A stretch of DNA of 64,000 nt from positions 32,001 to 96,000 of the forward strand of contig CAZALK010000006.1 of the NCBI GenBank assembly GCA_964486045.1, given 5' to 3'. Each line of letters starts with the position of its first letter. Position 1 is the first letter of the stretch. Below are positions 50,852-60,311 of the stretch, one piece after another. This stretch comes from an uncultured archaeon. GTDB taxonomy: Archaea > Asgardarchaeota > Lokiarchaeia > Sigyniarchaeales > SOKP01. The position numbers and the translations under genes are program-made. The notes beneath the pieces are model-generated. The model saw only the letters and a program-made list of their open reading frames with translations, had not been told where the DNA came from and searched no databases.

Positions 50852-51766
50852 TTAGACCAACGATTTTTTAAAATGTGTGCCGGTCTTTCCAAGGAGGGCA
50901 TCTTGAATATGATCAATCGAGGTAATGATCGCTTGAGCGCCGCCTTGTTCAATAAAATTGATACATGCTTGGACTTTCGGCCCCATACTTCCTTTCGGAA
51001 ATTGACCTTCGGCCAAAAATTTTGTTGCTTCGGCGATAGTCAATGAATCAACAAATTTCTCATCCGGTTGCATGAAATTGAGGGAAACTTTTTCTACATC
51101 TGTAGCTATCAAGAGGATATCGGCTCCGATCTGTTCCCCGAGTTTGGCGGTAGCTAGATCTTTATCAATGACAGCTTCAACTCCGTGAAGACGTTCATCT
51201 TTTTTATAAACAGGGATTCCTCCCCCGCCACATGCGATGATAATAAACCCTTCTTCCATTAAATGCTTGATTTCTCGCCATTGGTAGATTTTATAGGGTT
51301 TCGGTGATGGTACCACTCGGCGCCACCCCCTTGATGTGTTGACAAATCCTGGACGGGGATCTGGATAAGCAGGTCCAACGGGTTTTGTGGGGTTCTCAAA
51401 TGCTGGATCATCTTTTTTTACCGAGGTATAAGTAAGCACCGTGAGAAAGAATTTGTCATCAGATATACCTAGGCGCATTAGCTCTTCGTCCAGGGTTGAT
51501 TCAATCATGTACCCAATTTGACCTTGTGTCTGCGCTCCGATGATGAATAACGGCATTTTTGGGACCTCATCACATGCTTCTTGTTGTATTAGTAAAGCCC
51601 CCGATTGAGGGCCATTTCCGTGAGTTATCACAATTCTGAATAATTTCGAGAGTTCGGCAATGGAAGCAATAGGTTTTCGAATGTTGGCAAATTGCTGTTC
51701 TACTGTGCCTGCTTGGCCTTTTTGGATGAATGCGTTCCCACCCAATGCGATGATTAATTTTTGCAT
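50852..51766 (-). CDS. arcC: Carbamate kinase
   Basis: ALGGNA, THGNGPQ, TQGQIGY, PTKPVG, RRVVPSP, GGGGIP, EAVIDKD, GSMGPK. Confidence 0.93.
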   Translation of the reverse strand: MQKLIIALGGNAFIQKGQAGTVEQQFANIRKPIASIAELSKLFRIVITHGNGPQSGALLIQQEACDEVPKMPLFIIGAQTQGQIGYMIESTLDEELMRLGISDDKFFLTVLTYTSVKKDDPAFENPTKPVGPAYPDPRPGFVNTSRGWRRVVPSPKPYKIYQWREIKHLMEEGFIIIACGGGGIPVYKKDERLHGVEAVIDKDLATAKLGEQIGADILLIATDVEKVSLNFMQPDEKFVDSLTIAEATKFLAEGQFPKGSMGPKVQACINFIEQGGAQAIITSIDHIQDALLGKTGTHFKKSLV

Positions 51767-51774
51767 TGTTTTAT

Positions 51775-51951
51775 TCAGCTTCCTTCCAATTTTTCTAAGA
51801 ATTTGAGGATATCAATGTCGCCTCCAGCAGGAGGTCGCCAATCTACATGGATTACATCCACATTCTGTTTCTCCAAATCATCAGCAAACATTTCGATTCC
51901 AATATTGATAACCTTGAGTTCCTTGTTAAATAGTTTTTCTTTCTCAGTCAT
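51775..51951 (-). CDS. Small FdrA/YlbE-associated protein (58 aa; not in ORF track)
   Basis: MTEKEKLFNKELKVINIGIEMFADDLEKQNVDVIHVDWRPPAGGDIDILKFLEKLEGS. TAATG overlap with fdrA; VINIG...F..DL and VDW.PPAGG motifs. Confidence 0.75.
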   Translation of the reverse strand: MTEKEKLFNKELKVINIGIEMFADDLEKQNVDVIHVDWRPPAGGDIDILKFLEKLEGS

Positions 51952-53534
51952 TAGAACACCTCCTCAAAAAGTTTATCTTGAATAACACCTCTAGTCGCAA
52001 TTAATGCAGCCATTCTGGCTGCTTGTGCGTTACTAGGCATAATTATCACACCTACATCCTCCAGAAGCTTATACTGTTTATGAAATTCTTGAGGATCAAG
52101 GGATGTACCCACGATGGAAGCCACAACAGACAAATACGTCCCGTTACGTTCAGCATTGGCTTTTACTTCTTGTATGGGTGATATGAGTTCAGCTGCGGGG
52201 TTATCGTGGGACCCATATCCTAGAACAACATCCAGAAGAATAACAGCTGTACCAGGATCATTTCCTTCTTTGATTATTCTTTGATTCCGGAGTGTGTAAT
52301 CAATCATTGGGTGTGGTCTCCCTATTACGAATTCTTCCGCACCCATGTCCACACAAGTATGGTTCTTGCTTAAAGTTGAATCTTCTAGCTTCAGATGAGG
52401 TTTCAGGGGCGAATTGGAGAAAATCTCTTCGAGTAGAGGTGTCATAAGAATCAGCGCTTCATAAGAGAGAGTTCCACCAGTATAAAGACCCCGGACGAAG
52501 TTCTGATTAGAAGCCAATCTATCCCATTCTGATTGGGCGATAGAAAGAATTTTATCTTTTGACGCAGTAAATATATTTTTTATAGCTTGTTTTCCTTGAA
52601 CAAGAGCACAAGCTGTGGTGGCTGCATCTTCTAATGTTTTGGCAGCAGTTAAACCTTGACTTTCAATATTTTCAATATCACCACCAAGAAAATTCACTAT
52701 TACTGGCTTACTAGATTGATGTGCGATTTTTAGTACTGTTTCACTTACCTCTTGATTGGGTGGTTTAGAAATGAGAACTATAACTTTGGTTTCATCATCT
52801 TGTTCTAGACGTTTAATACCTTCAATCATCATGATGCCTCCTACAGTTTTGGAGAGGTCATTTCCACCAGTTCCAATTGCTTGAGATATACCAAAACCTT
52901 CATTATGTATCAGAGTGGAAACTTGTTGCAATCCTGTTCCAGCTGCTGCTACTAGTCCAATATTACCTTGATTAACAACATTCCCAAAACCCAAGACTAT
53001 ATTATTAATAATTGCAGTTCCACAGTCAGGACCCATGACCAAGAGACCTTTTTCCAAAGCTAATTGTTTGAGCTCTAATTCATCTTCAAGAGATACGTTG
53101 CTGCTGAAGATAAAGACATTGAGTCCTTTTCTAAGGACTTTCGACGCTTCTCTCTTGGCATATGTCCCCGGTACAGAAATAATAACTAGATTTGCGTCAG
53201 GCATCCCTCTAAGTGCAGAATCAAGTGTCTTGGGGACGATTTTGGTCTCATCTTTTGAAACTCGAGTTATAAGGAGTCTTTCAACTTCAGAGAGTGCATG
53301 AGCCATGCTCTTTTCATCTTGAGTGTCTAGAGCTATCACTAGATCGTTTGGACTTGCCTTCCTGGCATCTTCGGTTAGAAGATTCAAGGCTTTCAGAAAT
53401 TCCTTGTTGGTAGGTGTGCCCATGACAACACCAGCTTGTAACACCCCATCGAGCTCAGCAATTTTGTTAGATAATCTCATTAGAATCACAGAGTCTCGAT
53501 ACGTGTCTTTCCGAATAATTACAGTTACAGTCAT
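51951..53534 (-). CDS. fdrA: FdrA / AllF-like subunit (succinyl-CoA synthetase alpha-like)
   Basis: YRDSVILM, MGTP.NK, ISVPG, MGPDCGT, GTGG.DL, GLY.GGTL..E, GRPHPMID, LDVVLGYGSH. Likely ATG at 53534. Confidence 0.88.
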   Translation of the reverse strand: MTVTVIIRKDTYRDSVILMRLSNKIAELDGVLQAGVVMGTPTNKEFLKALNLLTEDARKASPNDLVIALDTQDEKSMAHALSEVERLLITRVSKDETKIVPKTLDSALRGMPDANLVIISVPGTYAKREASKVLRKGLNVFIFSSNVSLEDELELKQLALEKGLLVMGPDCGTAIINNIVLGFGNVVNQGNIGLVAAAGTGLQQVSTLIHNEGFGISQAIGTGGNDLSKTVGGIMMIEGIKRLEQDDETKVIVLISKPPNQEVSETVLKIAHQSSKPVIVNFLGGDIENIESQGLTAAKTLEDAATTACALVQGKQAIKNIFTASKDKILSIAQSEWDRLASNQNFVRGLYTGGTLSYEALILMTPLLEEIFSNSPLKPHLKLEDSTLSKNHTCVDMGAEEFVIGRPHPMIDYTLRNQRIIKEGNDPGTAVILLDVVLGYGSHDNPAAELISPIQEVKANAERNGTYLSVVASIVGTSLDPQEFHKQYKLLEDVGVIIMPSNAQAARMAALIATRGVIQDKLFEEVF

Positions 53535-53548
53535 ATTATAATACCTCT

Positions 53549-54469
53549 TCATTTTCTCCAATACGGGACAGTTAGTGCAGATGGAGCTCTTGTTGTCCCT
53601 CTAAATAGTACAATTACTACTAAGGCCACAATATAGGGCATCGCATTGATTAAGTAGATCCAATAGCTTGCGATAAGTCCCGCACCTATTAGATTAGACG
53701 CTATAGAGAATCCTATGCCAAATATCAAACTACCCAAAATGGCTCTGAATGGACTCCAGCGTGAAAAAATTACAACAATGATGGCAATCCAACCACGGTT
53801 TCCTGCCATAGCGCTATCATAGAGCCCTAGGTATCCCAATGATAAAAATGCACCAGCCAATCCTGCCATTGCCCCGCTAAAAATGTCACAAAGATGTCTA
53901 ATCAGGTTAACATTAATACCAGCTGCATCACATGCTTCAGGATTCTCTCCAACCGCTCTAATTTTTAGACCCCAAGTGGTTTTGTATAGGATCAACCCGA
54001 AAACAATCGCTAGGAAGTAGGCGAGATAGACAAATAAATTATGTTGAAATAAAATCTCCCCAAGCACAGGAATATCGCTCAGAAAAGGGATATAGATATC
54101 GGGTAGGATAGTGACAATTGGAACTGTTTCTTGATTTGCAGTAAAATTAAGAAAGTTAGCTAAACCGTTAGCTAAAGACAGGATTAGTAATCCAGCTATC
54201 AATTGATTGACTCTCATTTTGACACAGGTAAAGCTATGAATCAATCCAACACCTGCACCCGCAACAATAGCTGCAAGTGTGCCTAAGAAGAAATTCCCAG
54301 TTTTAAATGTTACCCATAAACCGACGAAAGCAGCGAGTGTGATTATTGCCTCGAGCCCTAAGTTGATTACCCCTGCTTTCTCATTATAAACTTCGCCAAT
54401 GGAAACAAAGAGAATCGTCACTGAGAGTAAAACTCCCCCTGCAATGATCGATGTAATAATATCTGTCAT
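53549..54469 (-). CDS. Nucleoside ABC transporter permease
   Basis: EKAGVINLGLE, RAVGENP...DAAGI, RGWIAI, P.AL..PY. Likely ATG at 54469, overlapping the upstream stop. Confidence 0.88.
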   Translation of the reverse strand: MTDIITSIIAGGVLLSVTILFVSIGEVYNEKAGVINLGLEAIITLAAFVGLWVTFKTGNFFLGTLAAIVAGAGVGLIHSFTCVKMRVNQLIAGLLILSLANGLANFLNFTANQETVPIVTILPDIYIPFLSDIPVLGEILFQHNLFVYLAYFLAIVFGLILYKTTWGLKIRAVGENPEACDAAGINVNLIRHLCDIFSGAMAGLAGAFLSLGYLGLYDSAMAGNRGWIAIIVVIFSRWSPFRAILGSLIFGIGFSIASNLIGAGLIASYWIYLINAMPYIVALVVIVLFRGTTRAPSALTVPYWRK

Positions 54470-55683
54470 GATGAATTCCTCGTAGTCATCCATTTTTGAA
54501 CTATCAAGACAGTGAGCACTAGCACTGCCTGCATAATGAAAATGATATCAACAGGGATTCCTGCTCCCCGCTGCATAGATTCTCCTCCGATTTGTAGAAC
54601 TGCAAAGAAGAAAGCAGTAAAAATTACACCAATGGGATGAAAGATTCCCAAAGCTGCTACTGCTATTCCTATATAACCAAAACCAGGAGAAAATCCACTA
54701 ATCAAGTAATGATGTACACCAAATACTTCCATAAACCCTGCTAGTCCAGCTACTCCCCCACTTAGCAGTCCTGCAGTAATCACAACCCTAGTTACGTTAA
54801 CTCCTCCATGTTCGGAAGCTCTTGGATTTTGTCCAACAGCTCTAATTTTATATCCAATTGTTGTTTTATATAGAATCATATAGATAATCAAAGCTATAAT
54901 GACCACTAGAAAGACACCTACATGAAGCCTGTATATGCTATATTCTCCGATGGTTATTGCTTCTATTGCTTCTAATAATCCCATACTTAAAGTAATAATT
55001 GTAAGAGTAAGAAATGTAAAAACTAATGCTAAATATAGCATAGGATGCACTTTTCTTTCTTTCCATTTTAGATACATCTTAATTGTAACTGCTAATCCAA
55101 ATATAGATATGAAAACATAAGTGACAAATATTAGATCTATCAAAGGCAACCAAGTTGACTCTGGAAGGAAATATGTTCTTGGATTGAACGAAGCTGGATC
55201 CTTGAGCGGTCCAATAGTGAGCCAAGCGATTAAAAACATCGCAATGAAGTTCATAACGACAGTTGGAAATATTTCGTTAATTCCCAGCTTGGTCTTCATG
55301 ATAAGGGGGATTGCTAACCATAACACTCCTCCCATGAAACCTGCAATAAATATCAATGGTATTGCGATAAAGCTAGATACTAATTCCATCCTAGCACCAA
55401 CCAAATACGCTAGAAGCGCACCAATGTAGAGTTGCCCCTCGATACCTAAATTCATAAATCGAGCTTTGAGAGCAATCAGGAAAGCCATTGCGGTCAGTAG
55501 TAGTGGAATAAAGCGGATTAGCGTTTCACTAAAACTATTGGGATTACCAAAAGCACCGGTAGGTATTGATACTAAAGCGCTGATAGGATCGTAACCCAAC
55601 AATAGTAGGGTGACAGAGAAGACAATTATGGCCAAGAACAATCCAATTGGATAAGATAAGTAATTTAAATATTTCTTTGCCAT
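54466..55683 (-). CDS. Nucleoside ABC transporter permease
   Basis: NLGIEGQL..G, NEI...V.MNF, GY.IRAVG.NP.AS..GG, GYIGIAVA.LG..HP.G. Confidence 0.88.
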   Translation of the reverse strand: MAKKYLNYLSYPIGLFLAIIVFSVTLLLLGYDPISALVSIPTGAFGNPNSFSETLIRFIPLLLTAMAFLIALKARFMNLGIEGQLYIGALLAYLVGARMELVSSFIAIPLIFIAGFMGGVLWLAIPLIMKTKLGINEIFPTVVMNFIAMFLIAWLTIGPLKDPASFNPRTYFLPESTWLPLIDLIFVTYVFISIFGLAVTIKMYLKWKERKVHPMLYLALVFTFLTLTIITLSMGLLEAIEAITIGEYSIYRLHVGVFLVVIIALIIYMILYKTTIGYKIRAVGQNPRASEHGGVNVTRVVITAGLLSGGVAGLAGFMEVFGVHHYLISGFSPGFGYIGIAVAALGIFHPIGVIFTAFFFAVLQIGGESMQRGAGIPVDIIFIMQAVLVLTVLIVQKWMTTRNSS

Positions 55684-55723
55684 ATAAAATCAATCATTCT
55701 GTGTTCGCAATATCGTTGTTTTA

Positions 55724-56974
55724 CTATGTATACTTCTTAGCAAAGGCGACAAAAGCTCCTTTAAAACATTCCATTGGAGGGTCAGCCCTACCTCCTCCGA
55801 TCATAGGATGTCCACCGTCTTTGTGAGCCATACCGGTATTTATAACAGGTAAAATTCCTGTTTCAACAACTTTTCTTATATCAATCCCCACAGGAACACC
55901 AATGAAGTCAAGGTAAGGGATCTGAAAAAGAGTGTCCTCTGTTTGGGTGATTTCATACATCTGTTTAGTGCGCTCAATAGCATCTTTGAAATCTCTTCCT
56001 ATGAATCTTGCATGACCAGGTGCTGCTGGTGCTGCCATCCCTCCAAAACCTCTCGTTTCTGAGATGGCACTATCTCCAAGATCTAATGTAGAGTCTTCCT
56101 GTCGATATCCAGGGAAGGTGTATCCTATTATCGTCCCTGCAGGTCCAGTAAACCATTCATTCCCAAGTCCGCTGACTTGAATACCAAAATCCACTCCATT
56201 TCTAGCCATTGCAGTTACTATTGTACTGTACTCGATGTTCTTGGCTGGATCCATCATTGCCTTGCAAGATGCCATCATCAAGTTTCCTCCGTACCAGCGT
56301 CCTGGGTTGGTGTTGAAGTACTCCCCAACCTGAGCAAGGGTATCTTTATCGAAATCTGTCTTCACAATATGTGGTAGAAGACGACTCACAAAAACACTCC
56401 TAGTACCATCTAACTTGCCATGAAGCTCATCACCCATCTGTATGCCGGTTGCAAGTATTTCTTTAAGGTTAATCCCACCCGCCTCCTTGATAGTTGCTTT
56501 CAATACTGGTGCAAGTATATTTCGTACAAAATCAAGCTCGGTAATTGACTCATACTTATTACCGAAAGCTGTCAAACTTGTTTGTTGAAGGCAATAGGAA
56601 GTGTTACCATGTACCGGATTCTTAACCACAAGAACTGGAAGGGATGCTGATGTAGCTCCGCACATTCCACTAACTGCATCGTAGTTGTGGTTGGGTTCGA
56701 TTATAACTTCTCCGGTCTCAGCTAGTCTTGCAGCTTTTTCAGGTGTGTCAGCTAATCCTTCATATCTTATCAGATTTGTAATTGCATATTTCTGTGTATG
56801 ACACATCCTCTCCCACTCAATTGGAGGTCCTGCATGTGTAAACAAATTGCTCTTAAAACCGGGTATAATTTTACCCGCCGATTCAATATCAACGAGGTTA
56901 CATTCAGCTGACAGTACCCTCTTGACTGCCTCTTCATTTGCTTTTTCAATTTTGGAACTTATCGAATTTGCCAT
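55724..56974 (-). CDS. DUF1116 / YlbE(AllG)-like oxamate carbamoyltransferase subunit
   Basis: HAGPPI, AV..M.G, MGDELH, TAMARNG..FGI..SG, D.GDSAI.E..G.GG, TGILP.INTG.AH. Confidence 0.85.
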   Translation of the reverse strand: MANSISSKIEKANEEAVKRVLSAECNLVDIESAGKIIPGFKSNLFTHAGPPIEWERMCHTQKYAITNLIRYEGLADTPEKAARLAETGEVIIEPNHNYDAVSGMCGATSASLPVLVVKNPVHGNTSYCLQQTSLTAFGNKYESITELDFVRNILAPVLKATIKEAGGINLKEILATGIQMGDELHGKLDGTRSVFVSRLLPHIVKTDFDKDTLAQVGEYFNTNPGRWYGGNLMMASCKAMMDPAKNIEYSTIVTAMARNGVDFGIQVSGLGNEWFTGPAGTIIGYTFPGYRQEDSTLDLGDSAISETRGFGGMAAPAAPGHARFIGRDFKDAIERTKQMYEITQTEDTLFQIPYLDFIGVPVGIDIRKVVETGILPVINTGMAHKDGGHPMIGGGRADPPMECFKGAFVAFAKKYT

Positions 56975-57086
56975 TTCAAATCATTAATCCTATAATTTTG
57001 ATTTTATCAACTATTATATAATATTCATCTAAAATGATCAATGATTAATAAATGATGAAGGACTATAGAAATAATCTTACTAAAAA

Positions 57087-58328
57087 ATGAAATTAAAAAT
57101 GGATAGATTAAAAATGAAAATGAATATGAAGTGGAGATTCTCCATAATCGTCCTGACGGCTATATTTCTGGTTTCAATGGTTCCAAATACAACCGTGATG
57201 ATCTCGAATGACGCAGTACAAACTGAGGCACCTACTCTGAGTACAAGTCATAAAAAGGCTGCTCTTATGATTGGTGGAGATGAAACCGACTTGGGATTCT
57301 CTTGGGTGGCAATACAAGGCATGTACGAACTGAGGGACAAATATAATTGGAGTATAAGCATATCACGACAAGTAGCGTTTCCCGATCAGTATAATGTAGC
57401 TAGTGCTTACGGTGCTGCCGGATATGATGTAGTTTTCATGGTCGGAGGCCAATTTATAGAAACTTCCTACTTCTCGGGACTTCCAGATTTATACAATCAA
57501 ACCGTATGGGTTCAGATACCCGGTCTTAATTTCTCACTCGCACAAAATCTTGTGGGTCTTCATCCAAATTTCCAGACAGAAGGTCACTACCTAGCTGGAG
57601 TACTCTCAGGATTGATGACAGAAACCAATAGTGTGGGTGTAGTTTTTGGACAATGGTTTGAATACTTGTCAATGGAGTTCTATGCTTTTAAAGCTGGCTT
57701 TGAGAGTGTTAACAGTGATGGTTGTGTGCATGGCATAGTCGCTGGTACTTGGGGTGATGCTGCGCTTGGTAAACAGATCACGAAAGCGTTAATAGAAACA
57801 AAAAATGTTGATATTGTTGTCCAGGTAGCTGATACAACTGGAAGAGGAGTTATCGCTGCTGCCGTAGAGGCTGGTATTGCGGTAATCGGAACGGTTGGTG
57901 ATCAATACAGCTTAGCACCTTTAAACACAATGACTAGCATTGGGATGAATACATCAATCGTGATGGATTATGTCATATCGAACCTCGAAAATGCAACACC
58001 ATGGAATCTGTATTATGCATCTTTGAATATGACAGAGGTTGGTGGCTTCCTATTTCCTTACCATCATTATAATGATACAATCCCTCAGTCAGTGAAAGAT
58101 CAAGTTGATAATGCCGCAGCCGCTATTGCTAACGGTACAATCGTAGTCCCTGAAATATGGTATGATGACGCCGGCCCAGTAGCTCCTACAGACTGCCCCA
58201 TAGATGCGGCCCCAGCGATACCTGGATACCCCCTTTTCTATATAGGGATAGCAACAACAACAATGCTTGGTGTGATGTTTGTATTGATAAACAGAAAACA
58301 GAGAATCGTTAATAAACACAAATCTTAA
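57087..58328 (+). CDS. BMP-family (purine nucleoside-type) ABC substrate-binding protein with C-terminal IPGY-TM anchor
   Basis: D.GF.....QG, YLAGVL.G.MT.TN.VG, GTW.D...G, GVI.AA, IG...DQ. Ends in IPGYP, a TM helix and a basic tail. Confidence 0.82.
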   Translation: MKLKMDRLKMKMNMKWRFSIIVLTAIFLVSMVPNTTVMISNDAVQTEAPTLSTSHKKAALMIGGDETDLGFSWVAIQGMYELRDKYNWSISISRQVAFPDQYNVASAYGAAGYDVVFMVGGQFIETSYFSGLPDLYNQTVWVQIPGLNFSLAQNLVGLHPNFQTEGHYLAGVLSGLMTETNSVGVVFGQWFEYLSMEFYAFKAGFESVNSDGCVHGIVAGTWGDAALGKQITKALIETKNVDIVVQVADTTGRGVIAAAVEAGIAVIGTVGDQYSLAPLNTMTSIGMNTSIVMDYVISNLENATPWNLYYASLNMTEVGGFLFPYHHYNDTIPQSVKDQVDNAAAAIANGTIVVPEIWYDDAGPVAPTDCPIDAAPAIPGYPLFYIGIATTTMLGVMFVLINRKQRIVNKHKS

Positions 58329-58359
58329 TTAGGCTCCTACGGAGCAAAATAATTAATTT

Positions 58360-58386
58360 GACTGAGTAAATCGGTCTTTTTTTTTT
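58360..58386 (+). terminator. Hairpin plus T10 terminator after the BMP gene
   Basis: GACTGA-GTAAA-TCGGTC followed by ten T. A second small hairpin GCTCC-TAC-GGAGC lies just upstream. Confidence 0.5.
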
Positions 58387-58713
58387 ATTACTTTTTAGTT
58401 AATATACTATTTGATTTCCAACTATCCTGGAGCAATGAACTTGTAAATTAATCGGGGGTGATGATAATTTTTTTAGGATTATTCAATTATAACTGAAAAA
58501 TTATATTTGTGATTAGTTTATTAAAAATTAGTTTTGAGTTATTCCCAATCTTTAATAAAAATAGTCATAGTCATCTTAATAAGAAAATAAAAAAACATTT
58601 GTGTAAATCTTTACCTTTTGTCTTAATAAAATCAAAAAGAATAAAAGTATCAATTAGTTTATTATATAAGAAATATCACACTAATAAAAATTTGGTTTCA
58701 TAAGAGTGATCCA

Positions 58714-59805
58714 ATGCGCTTAATAGAACAGAAAAGAAAAAACAGTATATATCTTTATTTTTTAGCTAAAGGGCAAAGAAAATATTTAGGAAAACCTGAT
58801 AAGATAAATCAAGAAAAAGCAAATGAAGCATTAAATCTTCTTGATACTCAAATTACGGAGTATAAATCTTTTCGAGACAAAATTGAAAAATATCTCTATG
58901 GAAAACGTGAAATTGAAATCAAAGATTCTGAATATAAAATGATCTTTTTTGACATGGATGGAGTTTTGTTTGAGAAACCATGGCAAGAAAGTAAAAGTAA
59001 AAAGGTTGCTATTAGTACATGGGATCTCCTCTTCAGAAAATTAGGACAAGACGATATATTTGAGGCGCTTAAGAAAAATTTTGAAAATGGTCTTTATGGT
59101 GACGATGTTGACAGCTATATAAAATGGAAAGAAGCTACGTGTAAAACCTTGAAAATCATACCGTTGGATGAGAAAACTTTCCAAGATGTGATTGACAGTC
59201 GAATTTTATCTCGAGGTGCCAAAGAATTATTTCAAATATTGAAAAAAAGTAAGATTAAAACAGCTATAATTACAGGTAGTTTCTATAGGCTTGCACAAAG
59301 GGCAAAAAAAGAATTAAATGATGTCAATCATGTCAGGGCTCATTGTCGATTGTTTTTTGATGACAATAGTTTATTAGAAAGATGGGAGCTAAATAAAACT
59401 GATTATAAACATAAGATAGAAATTATGGAAGAACTTGCTTTGAAAGAGGGAATTATTGATAAAAATGGGCATCCTGACCTTAATCAATGTGTATATGTTG
59501 GGGATGATGTTAACGATCTAGAAGCTTTTGGAGCAGTTGGGCTGGCAATTGCGTTTAATTCACATAAAAATATCGTTAAGAAGGCCGCTGATATTATAAT
59601 AATAGGTGGAGACTTAACTGAGATTCTTTCTCCTCTTTTCGATTTTGAAATGGATAAGGAAAAAATATCATTTTATGTATCAAAAGATGTAAAAGATGAA
59701 TGGCTAAATTTTGCTAAAACCAAAGATTATTCTACGTTACCTGATTTTATTATGAAAAGTATTGAATTCTACATTAAAGAAGAAAGAGCTTCCTCAAAGA
59801 CATAG
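58714..59805 (+). CDS. SerB-like HAD phosphatase with N-terminal basic domain and C-terminal ribbon-helix-helix
   Basis: FDMDGVL, ITGS, VGDDVNDL, IAFN. N-terminal IYLY....RKYLGK; C-terminal ISFYVS..VK.EW..FA.....TL..FI..SI..YI. Confidence 0.7.
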   Translation: MRLIEQKRKNSIYLYFLAKGQRKYLGKPDKINQEKANEALNLLDTQITEYKSFRDKIEKYLYGKREIEIKDSEYKMIFFDMDGVLFEKPWQESKSKKVAISTWDLLFRKLGQDDIFEALKKNFENGLYGDDVDSYIKWKEATCKTLKIIPLDEKTFQDVIDSRILSRGAKELFQILKKSKIKTAIITGSFYRLAQRAKKELNDVNHVRAHCRLFFDDNSLLERWELNKTDYKHKIEIMEELALKEGIIDKNGHPDLNQCVYVGDDVNDLEAFGAVGLAIAFNSHKNIVKKAADIIIIGGDLTEILSPLFDFEMDKEKISFYVSKDVKDEWLNFAKTKDYSTLPDFIMKSIEFYIKEERASSKT

Positions 59806-60311
59806 AATAAGATCCCTCTCTTTGAGGAGGAGTAGCTTTATCCATGGAAAAAGCAGAAATCTTCATTAACCTCCTCCCCTAGTCTCTTATCTCTGGGGAA
59901 ATTAGCCAACATTTTGTTTATCCACAAGAGGAACATTGGGAAATGATGCTAAATTTATTTATTGTAATGAAGCATTCAATGAATTATTGAAAAATTAAAT
60001 TAGTTATTGTTTTATTGAAAAGTCATAAATAAATTCTTCAAATCTATTATCATTAAAAAATATAACAAACAGAAATTTCTAATTCTTAATTTAGGTTTAT
60101 GCTAATTTTCTATAAATTTTTCATAATTAAATGACAATGCTTTAATCTAGAGGATATTTCAATAAACCCTAAAATTCTATGGGAATGAAAGAGGGGTAAA
60201 AAAGATATGTATGCTATTCTGCATATAATAACCAATCAAATTCTTTTTTGACGTTGAAAATATAATTTTCAAAAAATTATGATATTAAGATATAATAATG
60301 TTTAAATAATT

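Noticed and set aside
1577-58319. Numerous 60-130 aa ORFs overlapping well-supported genes (e.g. 1577-1819, 4595-4906, 17445-17771, 35943-36248, 45769-46077, 48074-48466, 51761-51985)
   Set aside because: They are antisense or alternate-frame shadows with no recognisable motifs.
48000-58450. Calling the GC-richer block a mobile element
   Set aside because: No integrase, transposase, tRNA target or flanking direct repeats were visible.
58509-58703. 64-aa ORF upstream of the HAD gene
   Set aside because: AT-rich low-complexity translation with a GTG start; more likely promoter DNA.
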